Shown: positions 51,495-64,000 of the stretch, piece by piece
Numbering within the stretch: position 1 is the first letter of the stretch
Layout of the letters: each line of letters starts with the position of its first letter
Origin: Mobula hypostoma
Taxonomy: Eukaryota
DNA: 64,000 bases
Direction of reading: 5' to 3'
Assembly: GCF_963921235.1 (NCBI RefSeq)
Contig: NC_086097.1
Span: 250,730,001 to 250,794,000, forward strand
Notes under the pieces: generated by a model
The model's input: only the letters and a program-made list of their open reading frames with translations
Databases searched by the model: none
Told to the model about the DNA's origin: nothing
Program-made: the position numbers and the translations under genes

Positions 51495-52200
51495 ACCATC
51501 AAACCATGATGTAGGAGCAGAAGTATACCAATCAGCCCAGTGAATCTGCCCTGCCATTCCATCTTGCCTGATTTATAAACCCTCTCAACCACATTCTCTT
51601 GCCTTCTCCCCATAACCTCTGCCGCCCTTACTAGTCAAAACCTAGCATTTTCCACTTTAAACCTACCCAGTGACTTGTCCTCCACAGTCATCCATGTCAA
51701 TGAATTCCACAGATTAACATCAACCCTTTCATTCCCAGGATCATTTCTGTAAGCCTCCTCTGGGCCCTCTCCAACGTCATTGTTGCCAATATAAAGGGCC
51801 CAAAACTGCCCACCATATTCCAAGAGCAGTCTGACCAATGCCTTATGAAGCCTTAGCTTTTATATGCTAGTCCTCTCAAAATGAATGCTAATGTTGCATT
51901 TGTCTTCCTCACTGCTGACTCAAACCAGCCTGCACTAGAATCGAGGATGGAAACTCTCAAGTTCCTTTCAACCTCTGACTTCTGAATTTTCTCCCCCTTT
52001 AGAAAAGTCTACATCTTCATTCTTTCTACCAAAGTGCATGACCATACACTCCCCTACACTGTATTCCATCTGCCACTTGTTTGCTCATTCTCTTAATCTG
52101 CCTAAATCCTTCTGAAAATTCCCTGCTTCCTCAGCACTACCTGCCCCTCCAGCTTATTTATATATCATCTGCAAACTTGGCCACAAAGCCATCAAATCTG
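51495..52200 (-). mobile_element. CR1 3' fragment, decayed
   Basis: VRLLLEYGGQFWA..VNLWNSL. Confidence 0.75.
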
Positions 52201-52224
52201 TAAACTGCATTAAGAGTAGCTTCT

Positions 52225-53920
52225 ATGTGCAGCAATAGACTTTCTAAACTGAGAAAAGGTTGTGAAACAGTTTCCATGAGTTTTTACTCTAAAGTACAAA
52301 AGGGTATGATCATTACAGAGATGTGGTGGCAGAGTGGAGGGGATTGGGAATTAAATATCCAAGGATATCAGGTAATATGGAAGGGTAGGCAGGAAGGTAA
52401 GGGAGGTGGGCTAGCATTCTTAATTAAGGATGAGATCAGCACGATAGTGAGAGACGAAATAAGATCTAAGGAGCAGAATGTTGAGTTCATCTGGGTCGAG
52501 ATTAGGAATAGTAAAGAGAAAAAATCACTGGTGGGAGTTGTCTATTGGCCACCAAATAATAACATTACAGTGGCGCAGGCGATAAACAGTGAATTATCTG
52601 ATGCATGTGAGAATGGAAGAGCAGTTATCATGGGGGACTTTAACCACCACACAGATTGGGTGAATCAAGTTGGTCAAGGCAGTCTTGAGGAGGACTTCAC
52701 AGAATGCATCCGTGATGGCTTCCTTGAACAGCATGTTACTGATCCTACAAGGGAATGTGCTGTCTTAGATCTGGTCCTGTACAATAAGACAGGTAGAATT
52801 AGTGGTCTTGTAGTTAGGGATCCTCTTGAAAGAGTGATCACAGTATTATTAAGTTTCTTATACAAATGGAGGGTGCAGTAGTTCGATCAAAAACCAGTAT
52901 ATTATGTCTAAACAATGGAGATTACAATGGGATGAGGGAGGACTTGGCAAATGTGGACTGGGAACACAGGCTATATGGTGGGACAGTTGAAAAACAGTGG
53001 AAGACATTCGAAGAGATTGAGCATGGATTCAGCAATGGCAGGTCCTGTTTGACAAACTTACTGGAGTTCTTTGATGATATAATGAGTGTAGTGGATAGAG
53101 GGGAACAGATAGACGTTATTTACTTAGATTTCCAGAAGGCATTCGATAACGTGCTGCATAAAAGACTTATCCATAAGATAAGGATACATAGAGTTGGGGG
53201 TGATGTATTAGCATGGATAGAGGATTGGTTAACTGAAGTTGGGACACATGGGTGTTACTCTGTTGGCAATCAGTGATAAGCCATGTGCCGAAGGGCTCGG
53301 TGCTGGGACCGCAACTGTTCATGATATACATTAATGACCTGGAAGAGGGGACTGAGTGTAGTGTATCTGAGTTTGCTGATGACATTGAATTGAGTGGAAA
53401 AGCAAACTGTGCAGCAGATATGGAGAGTTTGCAGAGAGATATAGATAGGTTAAGTGAGTGGGCAAGGATCTGGCAGATGGAATACAATGTTGGTAAATGC
53501 AAGGTCATCCACTTAGGAAGGAAAAATGGAAGAGCAGATTATTATTTAAATGGTAAAAAGAATTGCAGCATGCTGCCGTGCAGAGGGACTTGGGAGTGCT
53601 TGTGCATGAATCGCAAAAGGTTGGTTTGCAGGTGCAGCAGGCTATCAAGAAGGCAAATGGGATGTTGGCCTTCATTGCCAGAGGGATTGAATTTAAGAGC
53701 AGGGAGGTTATGCTACAACTGTACAGGGTACTGGTGAGGCCGCATCTGGAGCACTGTGTGCAGTTCTGGTCTCCTTACATAGCAGGGAAATTAAGGGTTT
53801 TGGGGGAAAGGCAGGTAGGTGGAGATGAGTCCGTGGCCAGATCAGCCATGATCTTATTGAATGGTGGAGCAGGCTCGATGGGCCAGTTGGCCGACTCCTG
53901 CTCCTATTTCTTATGTTCTT
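52225..53920 (+). mobile_element. CR1 ORF2 (EN + RT) with internal deletions
   Basis: GKGGGLAFLIK..VYWPP..MGDFN; SCLTNLLEFF..DFQKAFD; PKGSVLGP..EFADD; LYRVLVRPHLE. Confidence 0.9.
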
Positions 53921-53974
53921 ATTAAAGCAAAAAATTCCATATAACAGAAACCTCAAGCATATTTCTATCAGAAC

Positions 53975-54803
53975 TTCAATCAGGATCTGGACCAGCTAGA
54001 AAAATAGGACTGAAAAATGGCAGATGGAATTTAATACAGACAAGTGTGAAGTGTTGTACTTCAGTAGCACCAACCAGGGTTGGTCTTACACAGTGAACGG
54101 TCGGGCACTGAGGAGTGTGGTAGAACAAAGGAATCTGACAAAATAGGTCCATAATTCATTGAAAGTGGCGTCACATGTAGATGGGGTCATAAAGGAAGTT
54201 CTTGGCACATTGGACTTCACAAGTCAGTGCATTGAGTACAGAAGATGGGATGTTATGTTGAAGTTGTATAAGATGTCAATGAAGTCTAATTTGGAGTATT
54301 GGTCGCCTACCTACAGGAGAGATGTAAAGAAGATTGAAAGAGTGCAGAGAAAATTTACAAGGATGTTGACAAGTCTGGAGGACTCGAGTTATAGGGAAAG
54401 ATTGAATAGGTTAGGACTTTATAGCTTTGAATTTAGAAGATTGAGGGAAGATTTGATGGAAGTATACAAAATGATAAGGAATATAGATAGGGAAAATGCA
54501 AGCAGGCTTTTCCACTGAGGTTGGGTGGGACTAGAACTAGAGGTCATGGGTTAAGGATGAAAGGAGAAAAGTTTAAGGGCAACATGAGAGGAAATATCTT
54601 CACTCAGAAGGTTGTGAGAGTGGGGAACGAGCTGTCAGCACAAGTGGTGGATGCGATTTTTATTTCAACGTTTAAGAAATGTTTGGATAGGTAAATGGAT
54701 GGTAGGGATATGGAGAGCTATGGTCTGGGTACAGGTCAATGGTTCGGCATGAACTAGATGGGCCAAATAGCCTGTTTCTCTGCTGTACTTTTCTACGACT
54801 CTA
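53975..54803 (+). mobile_element. CR1 3' fragment
   Basis: IERVQRKFTRML..LGLYSFEFRRLRED. Confidence 0.85.
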
Positions 54804-54809
54804 CCTCCC

Positions 54810-54949
54810 AACTGCTTCCATTTTAATCAATGCATCAAAATCGGCATTAAGGAAATACTAGTTCTAAAAATCCATAGCAATTAACTGCTTCCATTTTATT
54901 CAATGCATAAAATCAGCATTAAGGAAATAGTAGTTCTAAAAATCCATAG
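54810..54949. repeat. 73-bp tandem duplication (2 copies)
   Basis: aactgcttccatttta..gttctaaaaatccatag starts at 54810 and 54883. Confidence 0.9.
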
Positions 54950-56548
54950 TGATGAATAAACATCGCAATTATCTCAGCTCCACCGCACAACATCTACCAC
55001 AGGCCTTCTCAACCGGCAGTAACCTTCAGTAACTTTTAGGCCATACCTTAGTCTTGTTCTGAAAGCATATAATTTTTAATGTTTTAAAATTCAAATAACT
55101 TATTCATCAAACAAATCTATCTTGAGCCCTTGACAACCTATGTAATCAAAAAGCATTTGCAATGCAATTGAGGTGACAGGAAGCATAGAATTGAAAACAA
55201 TTAACACAAGGGATCCGGTAGATGCTGGAAATCCAAAGTAACACCCACAGAATGCTGGAAGAACTCAACAGGCCAGGCAGTGCATGGAGCGAAATAAAGA
55301 GTCGATGTTTTGAACCAAGGCCTTTCATCAGGAGTGGAAAGGTAGGGGGAAGAAGCCATAAATCTGCAGTGTAGTAATTATGCTGCACAAAGTCTGGGTA
55401 CACTTGTGATTAGATTTTGAACATAGAACTGCACAGCACAAAACAGGTTCTTCAGCACACAATGTTACACCAACATTTTAACCTAGTCTAAGATTAATCT
55501 AACCATTCTCTCCTACGTAGCCATCCATTTTTCTATCATCCATGCCTCTATCTAAGAGTCTCTTAAATGTCCCTAAATTATCTGCCTCTACCAATGCCTG
55601 TGGCAGGGCATTCCACAAACTCATGACTCTGTAAAAAACCTACCCCCTTTACTTCCCTCCAATCACCTTATAATGATGCTCCCTCATTTTAACCATTTCT
55701 GCCCCAGGAGAAAGGTCTCTGATTATCCACTCTCTCTACACCCCTTGTCTTTGTGTACACCTCAATCAAATCACCTCTCATCCTCCTTCTCCAAAGCAAA
55801 AATGTTATATGTTATGTCATTTTAATTCCAGTTTTGTAAGAGATGGTAAGCATTATTTTTCATGACAAACCATACAGAATATTATCCACTCCTTCTTACT
55901 TCCAACAGATCAATAAGAATAACACAGCCATTCTGCAGTGCAATATTATAGAATGTTTCTCACTTGTATAGATTAATGTGAAGAACATGTGGACAGCAAA
56001 ATTAACCCTACATGCAGAAGCACGTACGAAGGGAAGTATAGAAGTAAACTGCTGTAAACTCGTTGGACCAGATTGTAGAAGGTTGTATTAATTGGGCGGG
56101 TCTCACTAACAACCCCAGACAGTCACCATTTTTACAAAGACACGAACTCATTACCAATCCTTTTCACAAATATCCACCTCACCCTCCAGTCAGAGCCATG
56201 AAACAAAGACTAGAAAACCTTAAATCAGTCACAAAAGCATAAGTTGATCAGCTGAATGCATAGAATCACAATTCCATTTTCCATATCTATCTAAAAATGC
56301 ATTGAACAACGATTTTCACAACATATGCCAGTGATATTAAATCTCTTTCTGATTCCGAGAAGCTCGTGCACCCTGCACTCTTTGTTTCCATATTAATACA
56401 ATCAATGATTTTAAAATACATAATTTTGATCAACTATAGAAACAGTTTCTTCACCTATTATAAGTTAAACTATAAGTGTGCAACCATCGATCATTTGCAC
56501 AACGTTTCACCACCCCGTGTCCTCAAACAACGCAAGACTTAAGAACAA

Positions 56549-56589
<41 letters not shown>

Positions 56590-57559
56590 CTGGAGGAGGC
56601 CAGGCAGCATCTATGGAAAGGAATAAACAGTCAACGTTTCAGGCTGAGACCCTTCATCGGGACTAGATATAGCCCCCCGAGAGTTCAAAACCCAACTACC
56701 ACCGCAGCTGACTTATCATTCTAGACGCACATACATGAAATGAATTTTCAGTTACCTGTCAATCAGGCTGCTGCCTTTTGCTTGATCCCTCTTTGGTTCG
56801 GAGTCTGAAGGTAGCAAGGCCTGAAGCTGATACCAGTATGACTTTGTCAAAGTTTTAACTGTCACTTTATTGCTGTTAATGGTTCACCTGGATGCACACC
56901 TCATAAAACTCTTAAAAAGCCAGGAAGATCCCTGAGTCAAATTGTTTCAGACATATACAAAGGTGCAGTAACAGTCAGTTTACAGTACGGCCACACCCAC
57001 AGTACAAATATCAAATGATATGAAGGCACACCTCTTTGTCGAAACCATTCCCTCTTTGAATTTCCATATTAGTTAAGCTGTTTGTATTTATTTTTAAATC
57101 CAGTTTCAGAATTAGTACCACATCTTTACTCCGCACTCAAACAATAACCTGCTTCTTTCAAGCGAGGCTATCTTTATTTATTTTATATAAAAGTGGTGAT
57201 ACTGCCAATTATTTTTAGATATTATGATCTTGTCTTTAAAAAGAAATTTGGTTTTATTTATCACTTGTACGTCGAAACATTGAAACGTGCAGAGAAATGC
57301 ATAATTTGCGTTAATGACCAACACGGCTAGGGGTCTGCCTGGGGGTGTCACCGAGCTTCCAGCACCGATACAGCATGCCCTCCGCTGACTAAGCAATTAA
57401 CACACACAGCAATTAACAAATAAATAATCGCGTAAGCACGCACAGCCATTAAGAAATGAATAATCTGCTTTTTTTCAAATGGATCCACCTTTATTTATTT
57501 CATATAAAAATGGTCATCATGATTATTACTTTTAGATCATAAGGCTTAACACACTTACT

Positions 57560-58075
57560 CAAGCACTTTTTAACCTCCACTTTAATATATCCAATGACTT
57601 GGCCTCCACAGCCACCTGTGGCAATGAATCCTACAGATTCACCAGTCCTCCTTCCCATCTCTATTCTTAATGGACGTCCCTCTGTTCTGAAGGTGTGCCC
57701 TCTGGTCCTAGGCTCTCCCACTACAGGAAACATCTCCTCATCTACTCTATTTAGGCCTTTCAATATTTGATAGCTTTCAATGAGATCTCCCCACATTATT
57801 CGAAATTCCAGTGAGTACAGGACCAGAGCCAACAAATGCTCCACATAGATTAACCCCGTGATTTCCAGAATCATTTTGGTGAACCTCCTCCAGACCCTTT
57901 CCAATGCCTGCACAACTTAGATAAGAAGCCCAAAACTGATCACAATACTCCACGTGGTCTGACCAATAAAGCTTCAGTGTTACATCCTGTCTTGTGTATT
58001 CTAGTTCTCTGAACTCGAATGCTAACATTGCATTTGGTTTCCTCACCACCCACGCAACCTGCAAGTTAACTTTGC
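57560..58075 (-). mobile_element. CR1 3' fragment
   Basis: ALERVWRRFTKMI..YSLEFR..GDLIE. Confidence 0.8.
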
Positions 58076-59680
58076 ACTAGAGTTTAAAGATAAGATATTA
58101 TCTTTTAAAAGAACTTCAGCTTTATTTCTCATATGTACATCAAAGCGTTGAACCATACAATGAAATGCATCATATTTTGATATCCATGGACATTTTCCAA
58201 AACAGAGTGACTTCATTTTAATCTCATTCACAATCTCTCATTGATACCTGCTTCAAAAAAAGTCATCAGTTTAAAATTCCTGGGTGGTCTGGGGATTCCG
58301 GGCATATTTGGAGATTTTCTTACTGCCCACTCTTGTGAGATCTGAAATCCCAGGCTGGCATCAATGAAGTATTCTGGACAAGCTTCACACACACGTCTTG
58401 TGAAGGGATGGAGAGACAGGGGAATGGGTGACACCAGAGGAAAGGAGCTCAGGACTCGCACCACCAGGTTCAAGAACAGTTACTACCCCTCAACCACCAG
58501 GCTCTTGAACAAAAGGGGATGACTACACTCATCCAACTTCTGGTGTTCCCGCAACCGATGGTCTCACCTTAAGGACTCTTTATCTTGTTATTTCATGCTC
58601 TCGTTATTTATTGCTATTTATTTATATAAATCTTGCATTGCAGTTTGTTGTTCATTGATCCTATTTACAGTTACTGTTCTACAGATTTGCTAAGTATACC
58701 TGCAGGAAAAAGAATCTCAGGCTGTGTGTGGTGACACGTAGGTACTCTGATAATAAATTTTACTTTGAACTTTTGAACTTTTAATGAGTTCTAACTCCGC
58801 CCAGCCCCAAGCCTGGCTGCAAAAGGATGAGGGTTGGTATGGGGCTAGCAGAGTGACGAAAATGGCAGCAGAAACTCCAAAGTCCTCCTTCCTGGGAGAG
58901 GGAGGATCGTCGACTTGAAGACATATGAATTTGTCTGGTGAAAGTAGAAGCCACAGGACCAATCAATCTTCTATCAGCCCATGACAGGAGACACTAGCGA
59001 GCTGCTGTTGACACCCTATGCCCACTAGGTTTAAGGTGATGGTTTAAGAAGAAGAGCAAGTGTGAAATGAGTGATCTTAAGACTTCCATTCACGTACCAG
59101 TGAGATTCTGTCAGCGCAAGTGGCTAATTCTGGAAATGCAAGGTTCTTCACACGACAAAGAAGGCTTGCTGATTGGTGGAACTTCTTCCTAGTCATTTGA
59201 AGCACTTGATAAAATGAACACAAAATGCTGGAGGAACTCAGCAGGTCAGACAGCATCGATGCAGAGGAAGGAACAGTCAATGTTTCAGGCCAAGACCCTT
59301 TATCAAGACTGGGAAGGAAGGGGAGAGGAGAAGGAGTTCAAGCTGGCAAGCTTGTCAAGTTTGCTTTGCAATAGAGTTAGGGTTAGCGTTAACTTGTCTT
59401 GTCAAACTCGCTGTGTTAGCTTGTCATCCTTCCCATCCCACCAGCTCCTTCTCTTCCACTCCTGATGAAACATCTTGGCCTGAAAAATCCATAGATGCCG
59501 TAAGAACTGCTGGGTTCCTCCAACAGTTTGTTGCTCTGAATATCAAGCATCTGCAGAAGCTCTTGTATTTATGACTTGGCAAGAATAAATGTGGGCCAAA
59601 GGCCCTGTACTGCAGTAACAAATACAGTATACACCTACATGCATTGAACTGTTAAGTTTTAGACCAGACAGTGTGTTCGG

Positions 59681-60095
59681 TCATTATGTGCTGTGTCATA
59701 TGACGTGGGCGATCATGGTCTTTCTATGACCATGATTCTTCTTGGCAAATTTTTCCACAGAAGTGGTCTGCCATTGTCTTTTTCTGGGCAGTGTCTTTAC
59801 AAGATGGAGGACCCCAGCCACTATCAATACTCTTCAGAGATTGTCTGCCTGCTGTCAGTGGTCACATAACCAGGACTTGTGATGTGCACCAGCTGCTCAT
59901 ACGACCATCCACCACCGGCTCCCATGGCTTCACATGACCCTGATCAGGGGACTAAGCAAGTAGTACACCCGTCTTGTAAAGACACTGCCCAGAAGAAGAC
60001 AATGGCAAACCACTTCTGTAGAAAAATTTGCCAAGAACAATCACGGTCATGGAAAGACCACGATCATCCTTGTCTAATGACTTGGCACATAATGA
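59681..60095. repeat. Inverted repeat, ~127-bp arms, from two copies of one short retroposon
   Basis: 59681-59807 is the approximate reverse complement of 59969-60095. Confidence 0.85.
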
Positions 60096-60490
60096 TGATG
60101 ATTCTTCTTCTTCTTGTAATTTACAGTTTTTATTATTATGTATTGTAATGTATGGCTGCGGCAAAACAGCAAATTTCATGCCATGATATTAAATCTGATT
60201 TTGATTCTGGTCTTATGGAATAGAGAGTGGTTGTAGAAGCCTTATGAGTTTCAGAATTTTTTTTTGTTTAGGAATTTATTTGACCATAAAGACATTATAA
60301 ATTAAAATGACAGAAGGGCAGATGTTGTGATCCCAGTGTGGATTTTATTTGAATGAATTTGGGGAACAGTAGTCATGAGATTTTGTTGCGTTTGTGTGGA
60401 GTGAATGGATTTATGTGCATGACTGTGGTTTCTATACCCAACAAAGGAAATATCTGAGTTGCAGAGACGGGGCATTGGCTTATTCATTCA

Positions 60491-60599
60491 GCTGACATCT
60501 ATAGCGTGGGAGTGATCCAACAAAACCTACAATATGGGAAATGTGGGCGCGGCTAATTTACTGGGCTGACATCTACAGCGTGGGAGTGATCCAACAAAA
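60491..60599. repeat. 35-bp direct repeat pair with a 39-bp spacer
   Basis: gctgacatcta(t/c)agcgtgggagtgatccaacaaaa at 60491-60525 and 60565-60599. Confidence 0.9.
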
Positions 60600-61234
60600 T
60601 GGGAAAGGGCAAGGCTCTTCTTTATTATTTGAAACAATTGAAATGCTTGGGAGGATTTTCTGGGGCTCCTTTCACTCGAGAAACCCATAGTTTCTCAGGC
60701 TACGTTGAATGTAGAGGTTGTAATGTGAGATTTGGCATCTGGGACTGATGTGAAGGTCGCTGAATTACAATCAGGTTTATTATCAATGGGAAACGGAGCT
60801 TCTCTTCTCCTCACCTGCCTGTTACCTCCCTCCAGTGACCTTCCTCCTTCCTTTTCTCCCACAGTCCACTCTTCCTCTCCTATCAGATCCCTTCTTCTTC
60901 AGCTCTGTACCTTTCCCAGCTATCGGCTTGCGGTGTCTTACTTCAACCCTAACCCTCCCCCCTCACCTACATTACCCCTCACTTGGTCTCACCTGTCACC
61001 TGCCAGCTTGCACTCCTTCCCTCCGCGCCCCCCCGCCAACAATATTGACAGTCTCTACCCCTCCATAACGCTGCCTGACCTGCTGAGTTCCTCCAGCATT
61101 TTGTGTGTGTTGCTCTGGATTTCCAGCACCTGCAGAATCTCTTGTGTTTGTAATGGATCATTGGAGACTTTCACCTCAATGGTTCCAACCTCACAACGGT
61201 CAGGCAGCAATTGTTTACCTTCCTACGGCTAAGA

Positions 61235-61822
61235 AAGGATGTAACGTTGAGACTTTTTAAAGCACTGGTGAGGCCTCATTTGGAGTATCGTTAGCAATTT
61301 TGGGCTCCTTATCTAAGAAAGGATGTGCTGACTTTAGAGAGGTTTCAAAGAAGGTTCATAAAAATGACTCCAAGATTGAAAGGCTTGTCATATGATGGTG
61401 CTCTACTCACTGAAATTCAGAAGAATGAGGGGTGACCTCATTGAAACCCACTGAACGGTGAAAGTCCTTGATAGAGTGGATGTGGAGAGGATGTTTTCTA
61501 TGGTGGGAGTGTCTAAGGCCTGAAGGCACAGCCTCAGAATAGAGGGGCGTCCTTTTAGAACAGAGATAAGGAGGAATTTCTTTAGTCCGAGCGTGGTGAA
61601 TCTGCGGAGGCCAAGCCATTAGGGACAGTTAAGGCAGAGGTTAATAGATTCTTGATTGGTCAGGGCATGGAGGGTTACGGGGAAGAAGGCAGGAGATTGT
61701 GGCTGAGGGGGAAGAAGGCAGGAGATTGTGACTGAGAGGAAATTGGATCAGCCATGACGAAATGGCGGAGCAGCCTGGATGGGTCAAATAGCCTAATTCT
61801 GCTCCTGTATTTTATGGTCTTA
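61235..61822 (+). mobile_element. CR1 3' fragment with a 29-bp internal tandem duplication near 61681-61740
   Basis: Same 3' end as 43870-44465; ggaagaaggcaggagattgtg(g/a)ctgag occurs twice. Confidence 0.8.
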
Positions 61823-61899
61823 CGCTTTTAAGAAAACCAACAGCACTGCCTTTGTGTCAGTTTGTCCTTGTTCAAGGTTATGCTGCCGTGATGAAGTTT

Positions 61900-62178
61900 A
61901 GGCGCCACGGTAGCACAGCAGCTAATGTGATGCTACTACAGCTCAGGCTGTTCCCCTGTTTGGAGTTCAATTCTGGCATCATCTCTAAGAAGTCTGTCAT
62001 TCCCATGGAATGCCTGGGATTTTTCCCAGTTTCCTCCCATAGTCCGTAGACGGACTGAGTTGGTTAATCGGTCATTATAAATTGCCCTGTGATTAGGTTA
62101 GGGTTAATTGGATTTGTCGGGTGTTCTTGGCTCAAAGGCCCAGAAAGGCCTACTCCACGCTGTATCACTCAATAAAAT
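61900..62178 (+). mobile_element. V-SINE-like tRNA-derived SINE
   Basis: A-box-like ggtagcacagcag, B-box-like gagttcaattct, V-domain-like cagtttcctcccatagtcc, CR1-like tail. Confidence 0.6.
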
Positions 62179-63589
62179 ACCTCGCAGTGGGCAGGCTGCA
62201 GGACAGGGTGCAAGCTGATGTTTGGCTCCATTTTGCAGACTAAAGCTTCCTTTGTTCACTGATTGAAGTGAGGAGGGAGATTGAAGCATTGGAGCGAGTG
62301 CTGAGGGTGGGCACCGGCTGTTTGCCTTTTGATCGGATTCTCTGTACTGGAGTGGGGACAGCTTGCCACTGCTGAGAGCGTTGTTCAGGTTTTCTGCGTT
62401 TTCGATTTGCTCTTTGGATGATAGACTCTATTTTTCAGTCTTATAGCTTTGATATTCTGTGTTTTTCACCTGATCTTCTTGCTTTTTTTTGTGTGGGGGG
62501 AGACAAATTTTTGGATTGATGTGCCTGATCCGTTTTATTTGTTTTGTGTTTTGTACGGGTGGAGAGATCTGGGGGTTGATGTGTCTGTTCCATTTTTGTT
62601 CGTTTTTTTTGCAGGGTGAAGGGGTTGATGTTCACGCTACCTTTCTTTTCTTTCTTGGTTTCAAAGCTACCCAGAGAATTATACTTTGATAATAAATGAA
62701 CCTTTGAACCTTTGGAATAAAATAAAGGTGTGCAAGGTACTAATTAAAATCAAAACTAGTCTCCGGGAAGTAAAATCTGTTCACTATTCAAAATGCAGAC
62801 TCAGATTTCAAGTTTAAGTTTCAAGTCCAAGTTTAGTTATCGTTCAGCCATACTTGAATCCTGCCAAATGAAACAGCATTCATCATCTGGGGCCAAGGTG
62901 CTGAACACATTATCAACAGCACTTAGCACACAGCACAAATAACACTTATGGTTACAATTTCAGAAAAAAACAATCACAAGGGGAAATGAATAATAATACT
63001 CTGATTCAGCGTCAGTCTTTTTGTATCATATGTACATCAAAACATACAAACAAATGCACCTTTTCTGCTAACAACCAGCACATGCTGAGGGCAGCCCGCA
63101 AGTGTTGCAACACATCCTGGTGCCTACAGAGCATGCCCACAGAACAACAACAACAGAGCAAAACAAGTCAGCAGCAACAAAACAGGCCCCTTTCCCACCC
63201 TCACACCCACCACCCACTCACAAACAGAGACAGGCCTCGAACTCCAGGACAGGCTACCTCTAATTCTCCGACCTCCCAGCAATCCCAGATTCACGGGTAT
63301 TGATTCAGATCCTGTGCCATCGTAACTATGTAGGGGACGACAATAAGATATAGGAGCAGGATTAGGCCATTCATCCATTGGGCCTGCTCCACCATTCCAC
63401 CATGGCTGAGTTATTAACTCTCTCAATCCCCTTGTCCCCGTAACCTTTGACCCCTCCCCTCCCCAGTTAATTAAGAACGTATCAACCCCAGCTTTAAACA
63501 TACTCAAATGACTTCCATAACCATCTGTGGCAATGAATTCCACTGAATCTCCAATGCCAGCATATCTTTTCTTTGATAAGAGACCCAAA

Positions 63590-64000
63590 AGGATGAAGAA
63601 TGCAGGACTGAAGATGCTGTATTTAAGTGCGTGTAGCATTCGGAATAAGGTGGACGAACTTGTGGCGCAATTAGAGTTTGGTGGGTATGACAGGGAGCAT
63701 CACTGAGTCGTGGCAGAAAGAAGGCCATAACTGGGAGCTTAACATGAAAGAATATATTTTGTATCAAAAGCACAGGCAGGAAAGCATAGATGGTGGTGTG
63801 GCTCTGTTGGTAGGAGATGGAATTACATCTTTAGAAAGAGGTGACATAGGGTCAGAGAATGTTGAATCTCTGTGGGTGGAGTTAAGAAACTGCAAGGGTG
63901 AAGAAACCATTATGGGAATCATATACAGGCCTCCAAATAGTAGCCAAGATGTTAGATTGAGATTGCAAAGGGAGTTGAAAAAGGCATGTAATAAGGGTAA
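63590..64000 (+). mobile_element. CR1 ORF2 endonuclease start, running off the window
   Basis: SIRNKVDEL..ITESW..GGVALLV..SLWVELRN..IYRPPN. Confidence 0.85.

Noticed and set aside
32338..53925. CR1 ORF clusters as an intact autonomous LINE or domesticated RT gene
   Set aside because: Every copy has frameshifts, stops, deletions or truncation.
60491..60599. CRISPR-like repeat-spacer-repeat geometry
   Set aside because: Only two repeats, no cas genes, and a vertebrate intronic context.
1..64000. A novel prokaryotic-style multi-gene system
   Set aside because: No operon structure, rRNA/tRNA genes or long non-TE ORFs; the sequence is repeat-rich vertebrate intron.

Overview
Eukaryotic (vertebrate) genomic DNA, mostly intronic and dominated by decayed transposable elements. 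The mix of CR1 LINEs, Rex1/Babar, L2, RTE, R4/Dong, Penelope-like elements, V-SINE/HE1-like SINEs and Tc1 remnants suggests a cartilaginous fish, probably a ray (inference from the repeat repertoire). Most ORFs in the track are TE fragments or chance ORFs. Host-gene content I can support: one clear internal cadherin exon on + (46560-46774, type-III/neural-cadherin-like), and two good plus two weaker spliceable exons of an unidentified gene on the - strand (7906-8007, 26965-27034; weaker 21635-21697, 51051-51088), which would be nested in or interleaved with the cadherin gene. The most unusual non-coding signal is a dispersed family of minimal hammerhead-ribozyme motifs tied to Penelope-like termini, including a 117-bp ribozyme-bearing insert with a perfect 12-bp target-site duplication (TSD). 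I see no prokaryotic-type operon, CRISPR array or intact autonomous element. TE boundaries are read by eye and approximate unless a TSD is quoted.
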